From contig CAYTGV010000011.1 of the NCBI GenBank assembly GCA_964437495.1, forward strand, positions 3,964 to 67,963: a DNA stretch of 64,000 nucleotides. The letters run 5' to 3'. The notes beneath the pieces are model-generated. The model was not told where the DNA came from. It was given only the letters and a program-made list of their open reading frames with translations, and did no database searches. Position 1 is the stretch's first letter. Each line of letters begins with the position of its first letter. Below, in pieces: positions 9,289-19,310 of this stretch. Source of the stretch: an uncultured Planctomycetia bacterium. GTDB taxonomy: Bacteria > Omnitrophota > Gorgyraeia > B26-G9. Made by a program: the position numbers and the translations under genes.

Positions 9289-10584
9289 TTAATCGCAACA
9301 ATTATCCAAAATAGGTTGACAACCTTCTAAAAGGCTTTGATACCACTCCAAATAAGATTTAATGCAAATCAACTCAGCTATAGCAAAAGAACTCGTGCAA
9401 GCTTTCCAGCAAATTTGACAGGAAATCTTATTAACACCACAAATTAAACCACAGGAAACACTGCAAACAAAATATTGTTTTGCCCCCCAAACTCCACAGT
9501 CATTAACTAAGCCCTTAGATAACTGTATCCCTGCTTGCGCTACGCAAATTTTATAACGCTTTAAGCATCCCGCTGTATACATCCCCTTTAGTCCTTTAGG
9601 GTCACTCTTATTAACCGGCCCGTTTCCCACATACCCATACAAATTAATCCCCCCATCGATACCTATCGGATCCCTTGAGATGAATCTGCCCGTACTGGGT
9701 TCGTACCACCTAGCCCTATAGTAATACAGCCCTGTATCTGAGTCTAACCATCTTCCCGTATACAGTATCTCATTTTCCAAAGAGCCTGTGTTGCTTTTTA
9801 TTTTACCATAGACATCATATCCATACGTAGCTATTTTATTCCTAAAGCCGTCCGTTACCGCAACCACGCTTTGCAGGGCGTCCTGATGATAGTAATACGC
9901 TGATGAATAATCATCAATAGCACATAATACCTCATCAATCTGCGGACCGTATATGATTTCCTTTATAAAGCCGTTTGACCCGTCATATTCAGCTATGCAA
10001 TGGATACCATCGTAGATGTAGTATCTAGTATCAGACGAAGATAGATTCTTTTTAAAGCCCAGCATGCCGTCTTCATAATAAGCATATGATATGTTTTTCC
10101 CCAAACTAGACGCCGCTTTTATTAATCTGTTTTCAGAGTCCCAGGAATAAGTCCAGGTGGTACCCCTTACAGAATTGCTAATCAGGTTTCCGTCTAAATC
10201 ATAATCATATACCGCGCTTGCCGTCGAATCCAATGTGATGTTCAGGCTTGTCTGCGTGATATTGCCGGCATAGTCAGCTGCCTCTAAAGTTATTTCATTT
10301 ACCCCAAAATCAAGCGCCAGGTCGTCTATAGTAAATGTATTGCCGCTGATGGTCGCTATATGATTATTCACAAAAACTGTATCAATATTAGCGTCATCCA
10401 ATATCCCTGAAAGAGATATAATATTGCCGCCTCCATAAATCGAGCTCTCTGAGCGATCCAGCTGATTTAACGTGTTAAACTGGGATGTGATAAATTCTGT
10501 ATTCAGGCTGAAATTAGTTCTATTTCCCAATCGATCAAAGGTATAAGCCTGAGTTGTCCCTTCAGGATAGCTGACATTTATCAG
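9289..10584 (-). CDS. RHS protein, C-terminal part (YD repeats, RHS core, Cys-rich toxin tip); in frame with 10585..13692 across a single TAG
   Basis: Reading the minus strand through TAG at 10585-10587 continues with LINVSYPEGTTQAYTFDRLGNRTNFSL (YD-repeat sequence). The track ORF starts at a TTG with no RBS. It contains the DPIGIDGGINLYGYVGNGPVNKSDPKGL core end and a roughly 95-aa Cys-rich tip. Confidence 0.75.
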   Translation of the reverse strand: MINVSYPEGTTQAYTFDRLGNRTNFSLNTEFITSQFNTLNQLDRSESSIYGGGNIISLSGILDDANIDTVFVNNHIATISGNTFTIDDLALDFGVNEITLEAADYAGNITQTSLNITLDSTASAVYDYDLDGNLISNSVRGTTWTYSWDSENRLIKAASSLGKNISYAYYEDGMLGFKKNLSSSDTRYYIYDGIHCIAEYDGSNGFIKEIIYGPQIDEVLCAIDDYSSAYYYHQDALQSVVAVTDGFRNKIATYGYDVYGKIKSNTGSLENEILYTGRWLDSDTGLYYYRARWYEPSTGRFISRDPIGIDGGINLYGYVGNGPVNKSDPKGLKGMYTAGCLKRYKICVAQAGIQLSKGLVNDCGVWGAKQYFVCSVSCGLICGVNKISCQICWKACTSSFAIAELICIKSYLEWYQSLLEGCQPILDNCCD

Positions 10585-13500
10585 CTAATTAATATTGTCA
10601 TAGCTATAGCTATGTATTCCCTGGCTATCAATTCTCTGCGTCCTGTTGCTATTTTTGTCATAGGCATAGTTAATCGTTGATACGCTGCCCGGTAAGCCCG
10701 GCTCTCCGGCAGCAATGCTTAGCAGCCTGTCAGCTTCATCATAAGTATAGGCAGTCTCTATATCATTCGGGTATTTCAAGCCAATCCGTCTGCCTTTATT
10801 ATCGTATGTGAAAGTAAATGCCTTAAGAGTTCCAGCTGTTTCAAAGGATATGTTGGATACCTGATTAAGATTGTTATAAGTATAATTAACCATTGTACCG
10901 GATGGATAGGTCATCTTTTTGCGATTGCCTAGAGCATCATATTCATACAAGACATGCAAATTACCAGGATAGCCAATATTAATAACCCTGCCTAAATCAT
11001 CATATACATATGTCCTTAGGCCCATAAGATCGGTTATTTGAGCAAGATTCCCTTGTTCATCATATTCGTATAAAATCTTTTGTTCGCCTGGCAAGGTTTT
11101 TTGAGTAAGCCTATTTAAGCCGTCATAACTGAAATTTGTATCCAGAGCACGAGAATTCGTCTTTTTAATTATATTACCGTTATTATCATATTCATAGAGC
11201 TCATACAAACCCATTGAATCAGTAGTTTTTATCAATCTGCTTTTGGAGTCATATTCAAACTGGGTTACATTAGCGTTGCCGTCAGTTATTGAAATACGGT
11301 TTCCAAGCACATCATATCTAAATATTGTCTGCGCCCCTAACACGTCGGCAATATTAATAAGCCTATTGTTTTTATCATATTGATAAGAAGTTGAATTAGC
11401 TTTAGGGTCTTTTACCTGTATTTTATTACCGCCTGCGTCATAACTTATCTCTATTTTTTCCGCTAGATGGTTAGATACCGCGGTTAATCTATTGGCCGCG
11501 TCATAGCTGTAATTTGTTTCATGGTTCAGCTTATCGATTTCTGTAATTATATTCCCGTTTGCATCGTAAACATATTCTATTGATTTACTATTCGCATCAG
11601 TCTCTAATATCTTTCTGCCTAGAGGATCATAGTCATATCTTGTAATATTGCCCAGCGCGTCGGTAATGCTTGATATATTATCACCGGAGCCGCATAGGAC
11701 ACAACCGGAAGTTGCGTCATAGGCATAAATAGTTTCATTCCCTAAGGGGTCTATAGTTTTTACCCTGCGGTTTCTCATGTCATATTCGTAATTCCATGTT
11801 CCATTAAGTTTATGTTCTGCAATAAGCCTGCCCATGGCATTATAATCATAGGTGATATCTATACCCTCAGGTAAATGTACTGCAATCCTACGGTTCATAG
11901 CGTCATAATCATAAGCGGTAATATTATTATTCGCGTCTTTATAGGAAATCATATTGCCATTTGCGTCATAGGTAAACTCTTCAGTATCTCCTGAGGAAAA
12001 TGTTTTAGAAAGCATCATCCCCAGTTTATTAAATTGATATGAAATAGTATTGCCAAGAGAATCAGTCTCACCTATAAGATTGCCAATACTGTCATAAGTA
12101 TACTGCCAGGTATTTCCCTGCGCGTCAGTTTTGGAAGCCATGGTTCCATTTTCATCATAACTAAAAGAACTGCTGTTTCCATTCGCGTCTGTTCTTGAGA
12201 CCATATTGCCAAACTGATCATAACTATAGCTAACCTTATTGCCAACAGGACAGGTTTCACTTTTTATCGAACCGCCCTCTATTTTCCTTGTCCAGGTATT
12301 GCCATTTTTGTCGATCTTAACTGACCATTTTGTATAATTCTCACCTTCAGCAGAAAGAATCCATTCTGTAGAATTACCCAATGGGTCAATTTCCTTCTGC
12401 AAACGGTTAAATTCATCATATACATAATTCCATTCATTACTATTTTCATCGATTACTTTAATCCGATTGCGATTGTCATCGTAAAAAAACTGCTTACTTT
12501 TCCCGTCAACGTATATCGCTTTATTTAACAACATTCTTGAATACTCATACACCGTGGTATTGCCGACTTTGTCAATATAAGTAGTCATTCCCAGGGTTTC
12601 ATCTGTGCTAAATCGCATAGTACCGCCTTCAGGATCAACCACTGACTCTACTCTAAGATTCCAATTCCATTCAGGGAAATGAATAGCAGATTCAAATGGC
12701 TTATTAAAATTATAAACAGTGGTATTGCCGCGTTTATCTGTAACATTAAAACTCTTCAGCAGCAAGTTCTCAGGTGTTTCTTCAAAAATAAAATCATAAT
12801 ACTGGCTATTGCCCACTGGATCTGTGACTTTATTTAAACTCGCCTGATAACCTTTATAAAGATTAAACTCAAGGTCATAATCATAACTTACAAATCTATT
12901 CGCGCTATCCTGTATTGATCCAATTAAGTAAATATTATCATGTCCGTTGTAGTATTCCTGCCAGTTGATTTGAATATATCTACCAGTTTCCGGCTCTATG
13001 ACTTTTACCGGTTTTTTTACTAATCCGCCTAATAAGTTGTCTTGAAATTCCCCGTATTCAAAATCTATCCTATTGCCATAACGGTCCACAATATATTGAA
13101 TATGATATATCCCCGTCTCAGCAGGCAAATCCGATGCTTCAAAAACATACTTTGAGCCAAATCTTAGCTGCCAAATAAAAGTACTGTCTACTTTGGTCAA
13201 ACCAGTAGTGCCACATTCAGGCCGGATATAAATATCACCAATCTTGATAAAATTGATCAGCTCCCCGTTTTCAGAAGTTAGCGTTGCTCCAACTTCTGTT
13301 TCTTCAAGACGCATTTCAACATTTGTCACCCAGCCTCTACCCAGGCTGCCTGATCGGCTTGATTGAGAAGAAAAAGATCTTTTGAAATTCAAGTATGTAA
13401 TGCCGGTCTTCTTGCCATTACCGCTTAATTCAAGATCGACTTCAGGAATAAATATTTTACCTCCTGTTATAGATACAGGATCTTGTATGTCAGAATTATC

Positions 13501-13692
13501 CTCCTCTTTATCATTATCCTCATCAGGAGGAGGCTTAAGCATTTCATCTCCATTTGGGCAAATCCCATTATCATCAGGACCATCAGCAGGTGTCTGACTG
13601 GCACAAATAGGTTCAATCAATAACAGATCGCCGGCAAAAAAAATAAAAGAAAATAACAAAATTAAAACAATAAAAAGTCTTCTTTTTCTCAT
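10585..13692 (-). CDS. RHS/YD-repeat protein, N-terminal part with signal peptide
   Basis: A 1035-aa protein with a signal peptide (MRKRRLFIVLILLFSFIFFAG) and dozens of YD repeats (xYxYDxxGNxxS). It ends at an in-frame TAG followed by more YD repeats. Confidence 0.85.
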   Translation of the reverse strand: MRKRRLFIVLILLFSFIFFAGDLLLIEPICASQTPADGPDDNGICPNGDEMLKPPPDEDNDKEEDNSDIQDPVSITGGKIFIPEVDLELSGNGKKTGITYLNFKRSFSSQSSRSGSLGRGWVTNVEMRLEETEVGATLTSENGELINFIKIGDIYIRPECGTTGLTKVDSTFIWQLRFGSKYVFEASDLPAETGIYHIQYIVDRYGNRIDFEYGEFQDNLLGGLVKKPVKVIEPETGRYIQINWQEYYNGHDNIYLIGSIQDSANRFVSYDYDLEFNLYKGYQASLNKVTDPVGNSQYYDFIFEETPENLLLKSFNVTDKRGNTTVYNFNKPFESAIHFPEWNWNLRVESVVDPEGGTMRFSTDETLGMTTYIDKVGNTTVYEYSRMLLNKAIYVDGKSKQFFYDDNRNRIKVIDENSNEWNYVYDEFNRLQKEIDPLGNSTEWILSAEGENYTKWSVKIDKNGNTWTRKIEGGSIKSETCPVGNKVSYSYDQFGNMVSRTDANGNSSSFSYDENGTMASKTDAQGNTWQYTYDSIGNLIGETDSLGNTISYQFNKLGMMLSKTFSSGDTEEFTYDANGNMISYKDANNNITAYDYDAMNRRIAVHLPEGIDITYDYNAMGRLIAEHKLNGTWNYEYDMRNRRVKTIDPLGNETIYAYDATSGCVLCGSGDNISSITDALGNITRYDYDPLGRKILETDANSKSIEYVYDANGNIITEIDKLNHETNYSYDAANRLTAVSNHLAEKIEISYDAGGNKIQVKDPKANSTSYQYDKNNRLINIADVLGAQTIFRYDVLGNRISITDGNANVTQFEYDSKSRLIKTTDSMGLYELYEYDNNGNIIKKTNSRALDTNFSYDGLNRLTQKTLPGEQKILYEYDEQGNLAQITDLMGLRTYVYDDLGRVINIGYPGNLHVLYEYDALGNRKKMTYPSGTMVNYTYNNLNQVSNISFETAGTLKAFTFTYDNKGRRIGLKYPNDIETAYTYDEADRLLSIAAGEPGLPGSVSTINYAYDKNSNRTQRIDSQGIHSYSYDNIN

Positions 13693-13693
13693 T

Positions 13694-14941
13694 TTATATT
13701 TTCCTTCCTTTTGAATCTAAAAGACTCGTCAATGTTTCTATGCTTTTTAACGCTATTTCCGCATCCACTTTAAATTTCGTCTCCGGATATCTGGATAACA
13801 AAGACTTATAAGTACTTATTGCTGATTGATAATCCGCTTGATCAACCTGCAGCCTGCCCAGATAAAACAATCCCTCTTCCCGCATTTCCTCCATACGCAT
13901 CACTTCTCTAAACTGCTTTTCCGCTTCTTTAAACATATCATAGTTTCGATAGATCTCACCAAGCTGAAGCTTTAACTCAGGCACCATTTCACCCTCAGCG
14001 ATCGCTTTTTTCGCGTAATTAATAGCCTGCATTTTATCTTTCTTTTTTCTTAGACACTGCAACGCTTTAACTTTATTTCCAACTTTAAGAAAATAATTAT
14101 GCGCTTTATCAAAGGCCCTTAGAGAAAAACACATATCACCCAGCGAATCATGATCATTTGCTTCTTTGAAATATTTAGCAGCCAATGCATAGTTTCCTTT
14201 TTTAAAATAAACCTTTCCTATCCCGCTTTTATTATTAGCTTGCTTGAAATATTTCAAAGCCAAATTATATTGTCCGCGGTTTAATGCCAATAAAGCCAGA
14301 CCGTCCACATCATTTTCTTCTTGAAAATATTTACGTGCTTTCTTAAATTGCCCCTCATTCAAAGCCACAAGTCCTAAACCGGAGTAATCCTTATTTCTAT
14401 TAAAATAATACTTGGCTTTCTGCCTATCTCCTTTATTGAAATAAGCCAGCCCTAATCCGGAGTAATCATTAGCCCTATCAAATATCTGAATTGCCTTGCG
14501 ATGCTGGCCCATTCCCATATAAGCATGTCCTGAAGCTGTGAATTCATTGCCATTTTTAAATTCTTCCAAAGCCTCCTTAAATCGATGCTGTGAGCATAAA
14601 ACTAATCCCACTCCAGCGTGATCATTTTCCTCTTTGAAATTTTTCAAAGCTTTCGCAAAGTCTCTTTTCTGAAGATAGACAAGCCCTAGGCCTTTTTTGT
14701 CTCCTATCTGCCTAAATCTTTCTTCAGCTTCACCATACATACGGCGCTTTAGAAAAAGCAGGCCTAAACCGCTTTTATTATTTGCTAAAGAAAATGCGTT
14801 TATTGCTTTATCATAATTACGCATTTTTAAATATCTATACCCCATGGCTGAATGCCCATGATCAAATGCCAGTAAAAATACTGTTGTGCCCAGTACTAAC
14901 ATCAAGGTTGACTTCCATAAAAATTCTTTGCGTACCTTCAT
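13694..14941 (-). CDS. Secreted protein with about ten 25-28 aa repeats (GLGLxxxxxxxxxAxxxFxxxND); TPR/Sel1-like
   Basis: An N-terminal hydrophobic segment and a repeated DYSGLGL...KA.KYF motif. It lies between the GT2 gene and the RHS gene on the same strand, with 1-nt spacing to the RHS gene. Confidence 0.5.
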   Translation of the reverse strand: MKVRKEFLWKSTLMLVLGTTVFLLAFDHGHSAMGYRYLKMRNYDKAINAFSLANNKSGLGLLFLKRRMYGEAEERFRQIGDKKGLGLVYLQKRDFAKALKNFKEENDHAGVGLVLCSQHRFKEALEEFKNGNEFTASGHAYMGMGQHRKAIQIFDRANDYSGLGLAYFNKGDRQKAKYYFNRNKDYSGLGLVALNEGQFKKARKYFQEENDVDGLALLALNRGQYNLALKYFKQANNKSGIGKVYFKKGNYALAAKYFKEANDHDSLGDMCFSLRAFDKAHNYFLKVGNKVKALQCLRKKKDKMQAINYAKKAIAEGEMVPELKLQLGEIYRNYDMFKEAEKQFREVMRMEEMREEGLFYLGRLQVDQADYQSAISTYKSLLSRYPETKFKVDAEIALKSIETLTSLLDSKGRKI

Positions 14942-14984
14942 AACTTTCTCCTTTTCAACTTTTCGAATATTAGCAGAATAATCA

Positions 14985-16673
14985 TCATAGATTTCGTAAA
15001 ATCGTAATACCTATAAAAAACATGATTGCAACAGTTAAGGCAAAAGGCACTGGTACTAAAGCTTTAACTATCTTCTTATCCCCCCAGGATATAACTAAAA
15101 GTGTAAGTACAAAAGCAGTACCTAATGAAACAAGCCAAAGATTATATGTAGCCAAAGCGAAAATAATCAAAAATATACCAACAAACATTTCACTTAGAAG
15201 CCAATACAGATTATTCTCTTTCTCATTTATATTATTGGTAACAGGAAAGTAGGTCTTTCCGGTGATCACATAAAGCATGATTTCCTTAGCAGAATCAAGC
15301 AAAATAGATAAATGCAAAAAAGATGACATAGCTACATAACGCAGCATTCGGGCGCGTTTATTCCACATATCAATTATCGCGGGAATTAAAGGAAAAAATA
15401 TAACCAAAAACATTACTAAATAAAAATCAAACACCCAAAACACATTATATCTGGTTTTCAAAATGACCTGTGCCAAATTATCATAAAATAACGGCGGTAC
15501 AAGAAATAAAGGCCCTCGCACCTGAGAAGCCGTATAATAAAAAGGCATAATAAAACTTGCCACACAAACTAGCATCAAAAACGGAATTGCCTGCAGCAAG
15601 GCAAACGCGGAAATAAAGATATCCGCTTTTTCAAACCAGGGCACACATTTTGCCCTAAGAATTTGCGGATAGAACTCAGTTAAATACTGGTAAGTACCTC
15701 TAACCCATTTTCTATTACGTTTGCGGAATTTTTCAATGTTTTGAGGAAATTCCTCACCACAAACCGTATCTTCATCTATAATACCGTAATATCCTATTCT
15801 GCGAGCTTCAGATGAAAAAGCAAGGTCCTCTGTAACAACCTCGGGGATACCACCTAACGCCTCAATTACAGACCGCTTTAATACAGCTCCATGCCCGTAC
15901 CACATCACAAAACCAAATTTATTTTTTAATGACATATAATGGCGCCAATGGATATCAACCATTGACTTCATCGTCCGCCCAAAAGATCCTTTTTGATCTT
16001 CAATCGCAGCCTGAACAGCCTGAACAAAAGCTATTTTCGGGCTTAATTGAAACTTAGGAATAAGCTTAATGAGAAAATCAACCGGAAGTTCTGTATCGGA
16101 GTCATTAACCGCGATATACTCAAAACGTTTTTCAACTTTATTTAATGCGTCGTTTATATTCCCTGCTTTAAAACCACGCTGCTTATTTCTCCTTAATACA
16201 CTAATAATTGATCGATTATGCGCTTGGAATAAATCGATTTTTTCTTTAATTTCTTTATTATCACTGTCATCGCAAATAAACACATGAAAATCCTCGTATT
16301 TCTGTCCAATACAGGTCAAACACGCTTTTTCATTAAAATCATTCCTGGTCATATAAAGAATCGCAACCGCTGGTAAAGACGCACGAAAAGTTTTTTTGCT
16401 TTCTATTGGCGTATGCAAAAAATATGAAAAAAATATATGAACAGAATGATAAAGCCCGTACAGCCACATCATATTAATCCCTAAAACAAAGATCACAACT
16501 GAAGCTTTAGCAATGAGCGGCTCATCGCCTATAAGTAATGCCAAGAGAATAGGATTAAAGTATAAGGCAATTAAAAACCAGCAAAATAAGATAGACAGAA
16601 TTAATAAGTCATTCTTATCTATATCTCCGTTCTCCGTAAACCTAATTGTCTTTAATACACGTTTAATATTCAT
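14985..16673 (-). CDS. Membrane-bound family 2 glycosyltransferase (processive beta-glycan synthase-like)
   Basis: N- and C-terminal TM segments flank a cytoplasmic GT-A domain with DxD (NDSDTE), a TED motif and RKWVRG (QxxRW-like). Confidence 0.7.
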   Translation of the reverse strand: MNIKRVLKTIRFTENGDIDKNDLLILSILFCWFLIALYFNPILLALLIGDEPLIAKASVVIFVLGINMMWLYGLYHSVHIFFSYFLHTPIESKKTFRASLPAVAILYMTRNDFNEKACLTCIGQKYEDFHVFICDDSDNKEIKEKIDLFQAHNRSIISVLRRNKQRGFKAGNINDALNKVEKRFEYIAVNDSDTELPVDFLIKLIPKFQLSPKIAFVQAVQAAIEDQKGSFGRTMKSMVDIHWRHYMSLKNKFGFVMWYGHGAVLKRSVIEALGGIPEVVTEDLAFSSEARRIGYYGIIDEDTVCGEEFPQNIEKFRKRNRKWVRGTYQYLTEFYPQILRAKCVPWFEKADIFISAFALLQAIPFLMLVCVASFIMPFYYTASQVRGPLFLVPPLFYDNLAQVILKTRYNVFWVFDFYLVMFLVIFFPLIPAIIDMWNKRARMLRYVAMSSFLHLSILLDSAKEIMLYVITGKTYFPVTNNINEKENNLYWLLSEMFVGIFLIIFALATYNLWLVSLGTAFVLTLLVISWGDKKIVKALVPVPFALTVAIMFFIGITILRNL

Positions 16674-16674
16674 A

Positions 16675-17373
16675 TCAGTTTGTTTTTCCTGTTACCACCG
16701 AGCCATCAAATGGAGAAAGAGTGAAAATTCCCGGCGCTTCTGTATCAAGAATAATCTGCGCGCTTTCAACCTGCTCTTCCTGTGTAACCTTATGCCTGAA
16801 TTTTACATATATTGTTTTTCCTCCGTCTTCATTTGATATATAAAAAATTATTGTTGGAGCATATCCCTGCCACTGGCAATTCGTAAACATGGGATCTTCG
16901 CTAACAGCTATCTCGTAAGACGTATTAGAATCAATTTCCAGAGTAATTTTATTATTGCTTGTATACTTTCCTTCTTTTATGGTGAAAGCGTTTTCGTAAC
17001 TCGATATAACGGTTATCCTTTTATACCCAGTTGCTAAAATCTTTTTCTTCCCTTTTTTACTTTTTCTGAACACCTTTACCTTAAGCCTTTGCTTTTCTGA
17101 TAATCCATCCACAAACACATTAAAAGCATATCTTCCTTTTGCTATTTTCATCAAAGATACTGCCCTGCCAGACTTCGGAAAAGAAGCCTTAATAATAAGT
17201 GACTTATTTTTAACCCATTTTCCATTCTTTGTAAGCTCTACATTAAATACAGCCTCTTCTCCGACCACATAGGTTTCCTTATTTGATGTTACTTTTACCA
17301 TCCAATCCGCGGCCTGTACTGCCTGCACTTGAATCAAAAATAACAATAGGAATAAACTCATTATTTTCTTCAC
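16675..17373 (-). CDS. Secreted hypothetical protein (signal peptide)
   Basis: MKKIMSLFLLLFLIQVQAVQA is a signal peptide. No recognisable catalytic motif. Confidence 0.5.
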   Translation of the reverse strand: MKKIMSLFLLLFLIQVQAVQAADWMVKVTSNKETYVVGEEAVFNVELTKNGKWVKNKSLIIKASFPKSGRAVSLMKIAKGRYAFNVFVDGLSEKQRLKVKVFRKSKKGKKKILATGYKRITVISSYENAFTIKEGKYTSNNKITLEIDSNTSYEIAVSEDPMFTNCQWQGYAPTIIFYISNEDGGKTIYVKFRHKVTQEEQVESAQIILDTEAPGIFTLSPFDGSVVTGKTN

Positions 17374-17404
17374 AGTCCCTCCTTAATTTTACCTGAAAAA
17401 TAAA

Positions 17405-17432
17405 AAAAACAGCCTTTGGGCTGCTTAAACTG
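17405..17432 (-). terminator. Rho-independent terminator after pyrF
   Basis: The minus strand reads aagcagcccaaaggctg followed by tttttttt. Confidence 0.5.
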
Positions 17433-17638
17433 TTTTTATAATATTTTTTTAATAGAGTATTGTATTTTATAACTCATAGAATACTCTCACTTTACTCAAA
17501 GCACTAAAATCAGTTAAATATTCAAATACCATGTGTATAAAAATATACCCTATTTTTTTGATTCTGTAAAGAGCCAGCATAGCCATGAAAAGTTTCTTGC
17601 CTATATCACCTTATCTCACAAGCACTTGCAAAATCGGC

Positions 17639-18355
17639 TTAGGTGGGATTATCTAGCTCAGCAAGAATATCCTTTGCTGATTGCAGCGGGTCACTGTGGG
17701 ATATTATGGGTCTGCCGACAACAATATAATCTGCTCCCCATAGGGCCGCATCTGTTGGCGTAACTATACGTTTTTGATCATCAACTGAGGCGCTTTTGGG
17801 TCTAACTCCAGGAACAACTAAAATAAAATCCCTGCCGATAACCCGGCGCAATAATTTAATTTCCTTGCCGGAGCAAACCACACCGTCAAGCTTAGCGGAT
17901 TTACAAAGTTTTGCCAGATGAATAACCTCATTCTTAACGCTTCTGATAACACCAACCCTGTTGAGCTGCTGACGGTCCATACTAGTCAGCACAGTCACGC
18001 CCAAAACAATTGGCTTTTTCTTTAAATCCTGAGCTTCTTTATTTACTTCCTGCATTAAAGTAGAAAGCATCACATTTCCACCAATAGCATGCACATTGAA
18101 CATAAACACACCAAGCCGCATAGAACTTACTGCCGCTTTAGCCACTGTATTGGGAATATCATGAAATTTAAGATCAAGAAAAACATCTCTTTTATAGCTA
18201 TGTACCATTTCAACAACGCTTGGACCGCAGGCCGTAAATAGCTGCATGCCGATTTTAAAATATTTTACAGCTGGCGATAATTTTTTTACTAAAACTTCAG
18301 CATCATTGATCCCCGGCACATCCAAAGCTACTATCAATTCTGTTTTCTTTTTCAT
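17639..18355 (-). CDS. pyrF: Orotidine 5'-phosphate decarboxylase
   Basis: ELIVALDVP...KFHDIPNTV are conserved OMPdecase motifs. Confidence 0.9.
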   Translation of the reverse strand: MKKKTELIVALDVPGINDAEVLVKKLSPAVKYFKIGMQLFTACGPSVVEMVHSYKRDVFLDLKFHDIPNTVAKAAVSSMRLGVFMFNVHAIGGNVMLSTLMQEVNKEAQDLKKKPIVLGVTVLTSMDRQQLNRVGVIRSVKNEVIHLAKLCKSAKLDGVVCSGKEIKLLRRVIGRDFILVVPGVRPKSASVDDQKRIVTPTDAALWGADYIVVGRPIISHSDPLQSAKDILAELDNPT

Positions 18356-18365
18356 TATTTATCCT

Positions 18366-19310
18366 TTAGACTTTAAACAATCCAATAAGCGTATTAATTT
18401 TTTTTATTTTCTTTTTTTTGCAGTAATTTCTAATCCCCTCTATTACCTGCATGGAAACTCCCGGATTCACAAAGTTAGCAGTACCCACACTAATCGCTGT
18501 TGCTCCGGCAATCATAAATTCAATCGCATCATCAGCATTCATTATTCCCCCCATGCCGATAATCGGGATATTTACAGCAGTAGCCACATCATATGTCATC
18601 TTGACAGCTATCGGTTTTATTGCCGGGCCACTCAACCCCCCGCTCACATTTGCTAAGCAAGGCCTGCATGTATTAATATCAATCGCCATAGCCGAAAAAG
18701 TGTTTACCAGACTTAAGACATCCGCCCCTGCCGATTCAGCTGCAATTGCAATTTCGGTGATATCCGTGACATTCGGGCTTAACTTTGCAATAAGCACTGT
18801 ATTGGTTTTTTTCGCAACCGTATTTACAAGCGTATACGTATCACCTGCAACTTGTGCAAAAATCCTTGCCTTGGTTTTGTCCGTTTTATTTAATTTCGCG
18901 TATTTTATATTAGGACATGAAAGATTCAGCTCGATTGCCTCAACGCCTGCATCTTCTAATTTATTTACGCAGTAAATAAACTCATCACTTGAGTTGGCGC
19001 TGACACTTACAATTATCTTTGTACCGATTTTTTTCAATTTCGGAAGTTTAACTTTTAAAAAATTATCCAGGCCTTCGTTTTGCAATCCTATAGCATTTAA
19101 CATTCCTGATGATGTTTCTGCCAGGCGCGGCATTGCATTGCCAAGCCTGGGCTCCTTTGTGATCGTTTTAGTGATGATCGCCCCCAAATCACTTAATTTC
19201 ACCAGGTCCTTGAACTCCTCAGCATAACCAAATGTTCCTGAGGCTACAGTCACCGGATTTTTCAGTTTTAATTTTCCTAATTTTACACTTAAATCCATAT
19301 TGTCATCCAT
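18366..19310 (-). CDS. pyrD: Dihydroorotate dehydrogenase catalytic subunit (class 1B)
   Basis: NPVTVASGTFGY and IIGMGGI are motifs of the TIM-barrel DHODH, and it is adjacent to pyrK. Confidence 0.9.
   Translation of the reverse strand: MDDNMDLSVKLGKLKLKNPVTVASGTFGYAEEFKDLVKLSDLGAIITKTITKEPRLGNAMPRLAETSSGMLNAIGLQNEGLDNFLKVKLPKLKKIGTKIIVSVSANSSDEFIYCVNKLEDAGVEAIELNLSCPNIKYAKLNKTDKTKARIFAQVAGDTYTLVNTVAKKTNTVLIAKLSPNVTDITEIAIAAESAGADVLSLVNTFSAMAIDINTCRPCLANVSGGLSGPAIKPIAVKMTYDVATAVNIPIIGMGGIMNADDAIEFMIAGATAISVGTANFVNPGVSMQVIEGIRNYCKKKKIKKINTLIGLFKV

Noticed and set aside
17533-17763. ORF 17533..17763(+)
   Set aside because: It overlaps the 3' end of pyrF on the opposite strand and the intergenic terminator region, and has no RBS.
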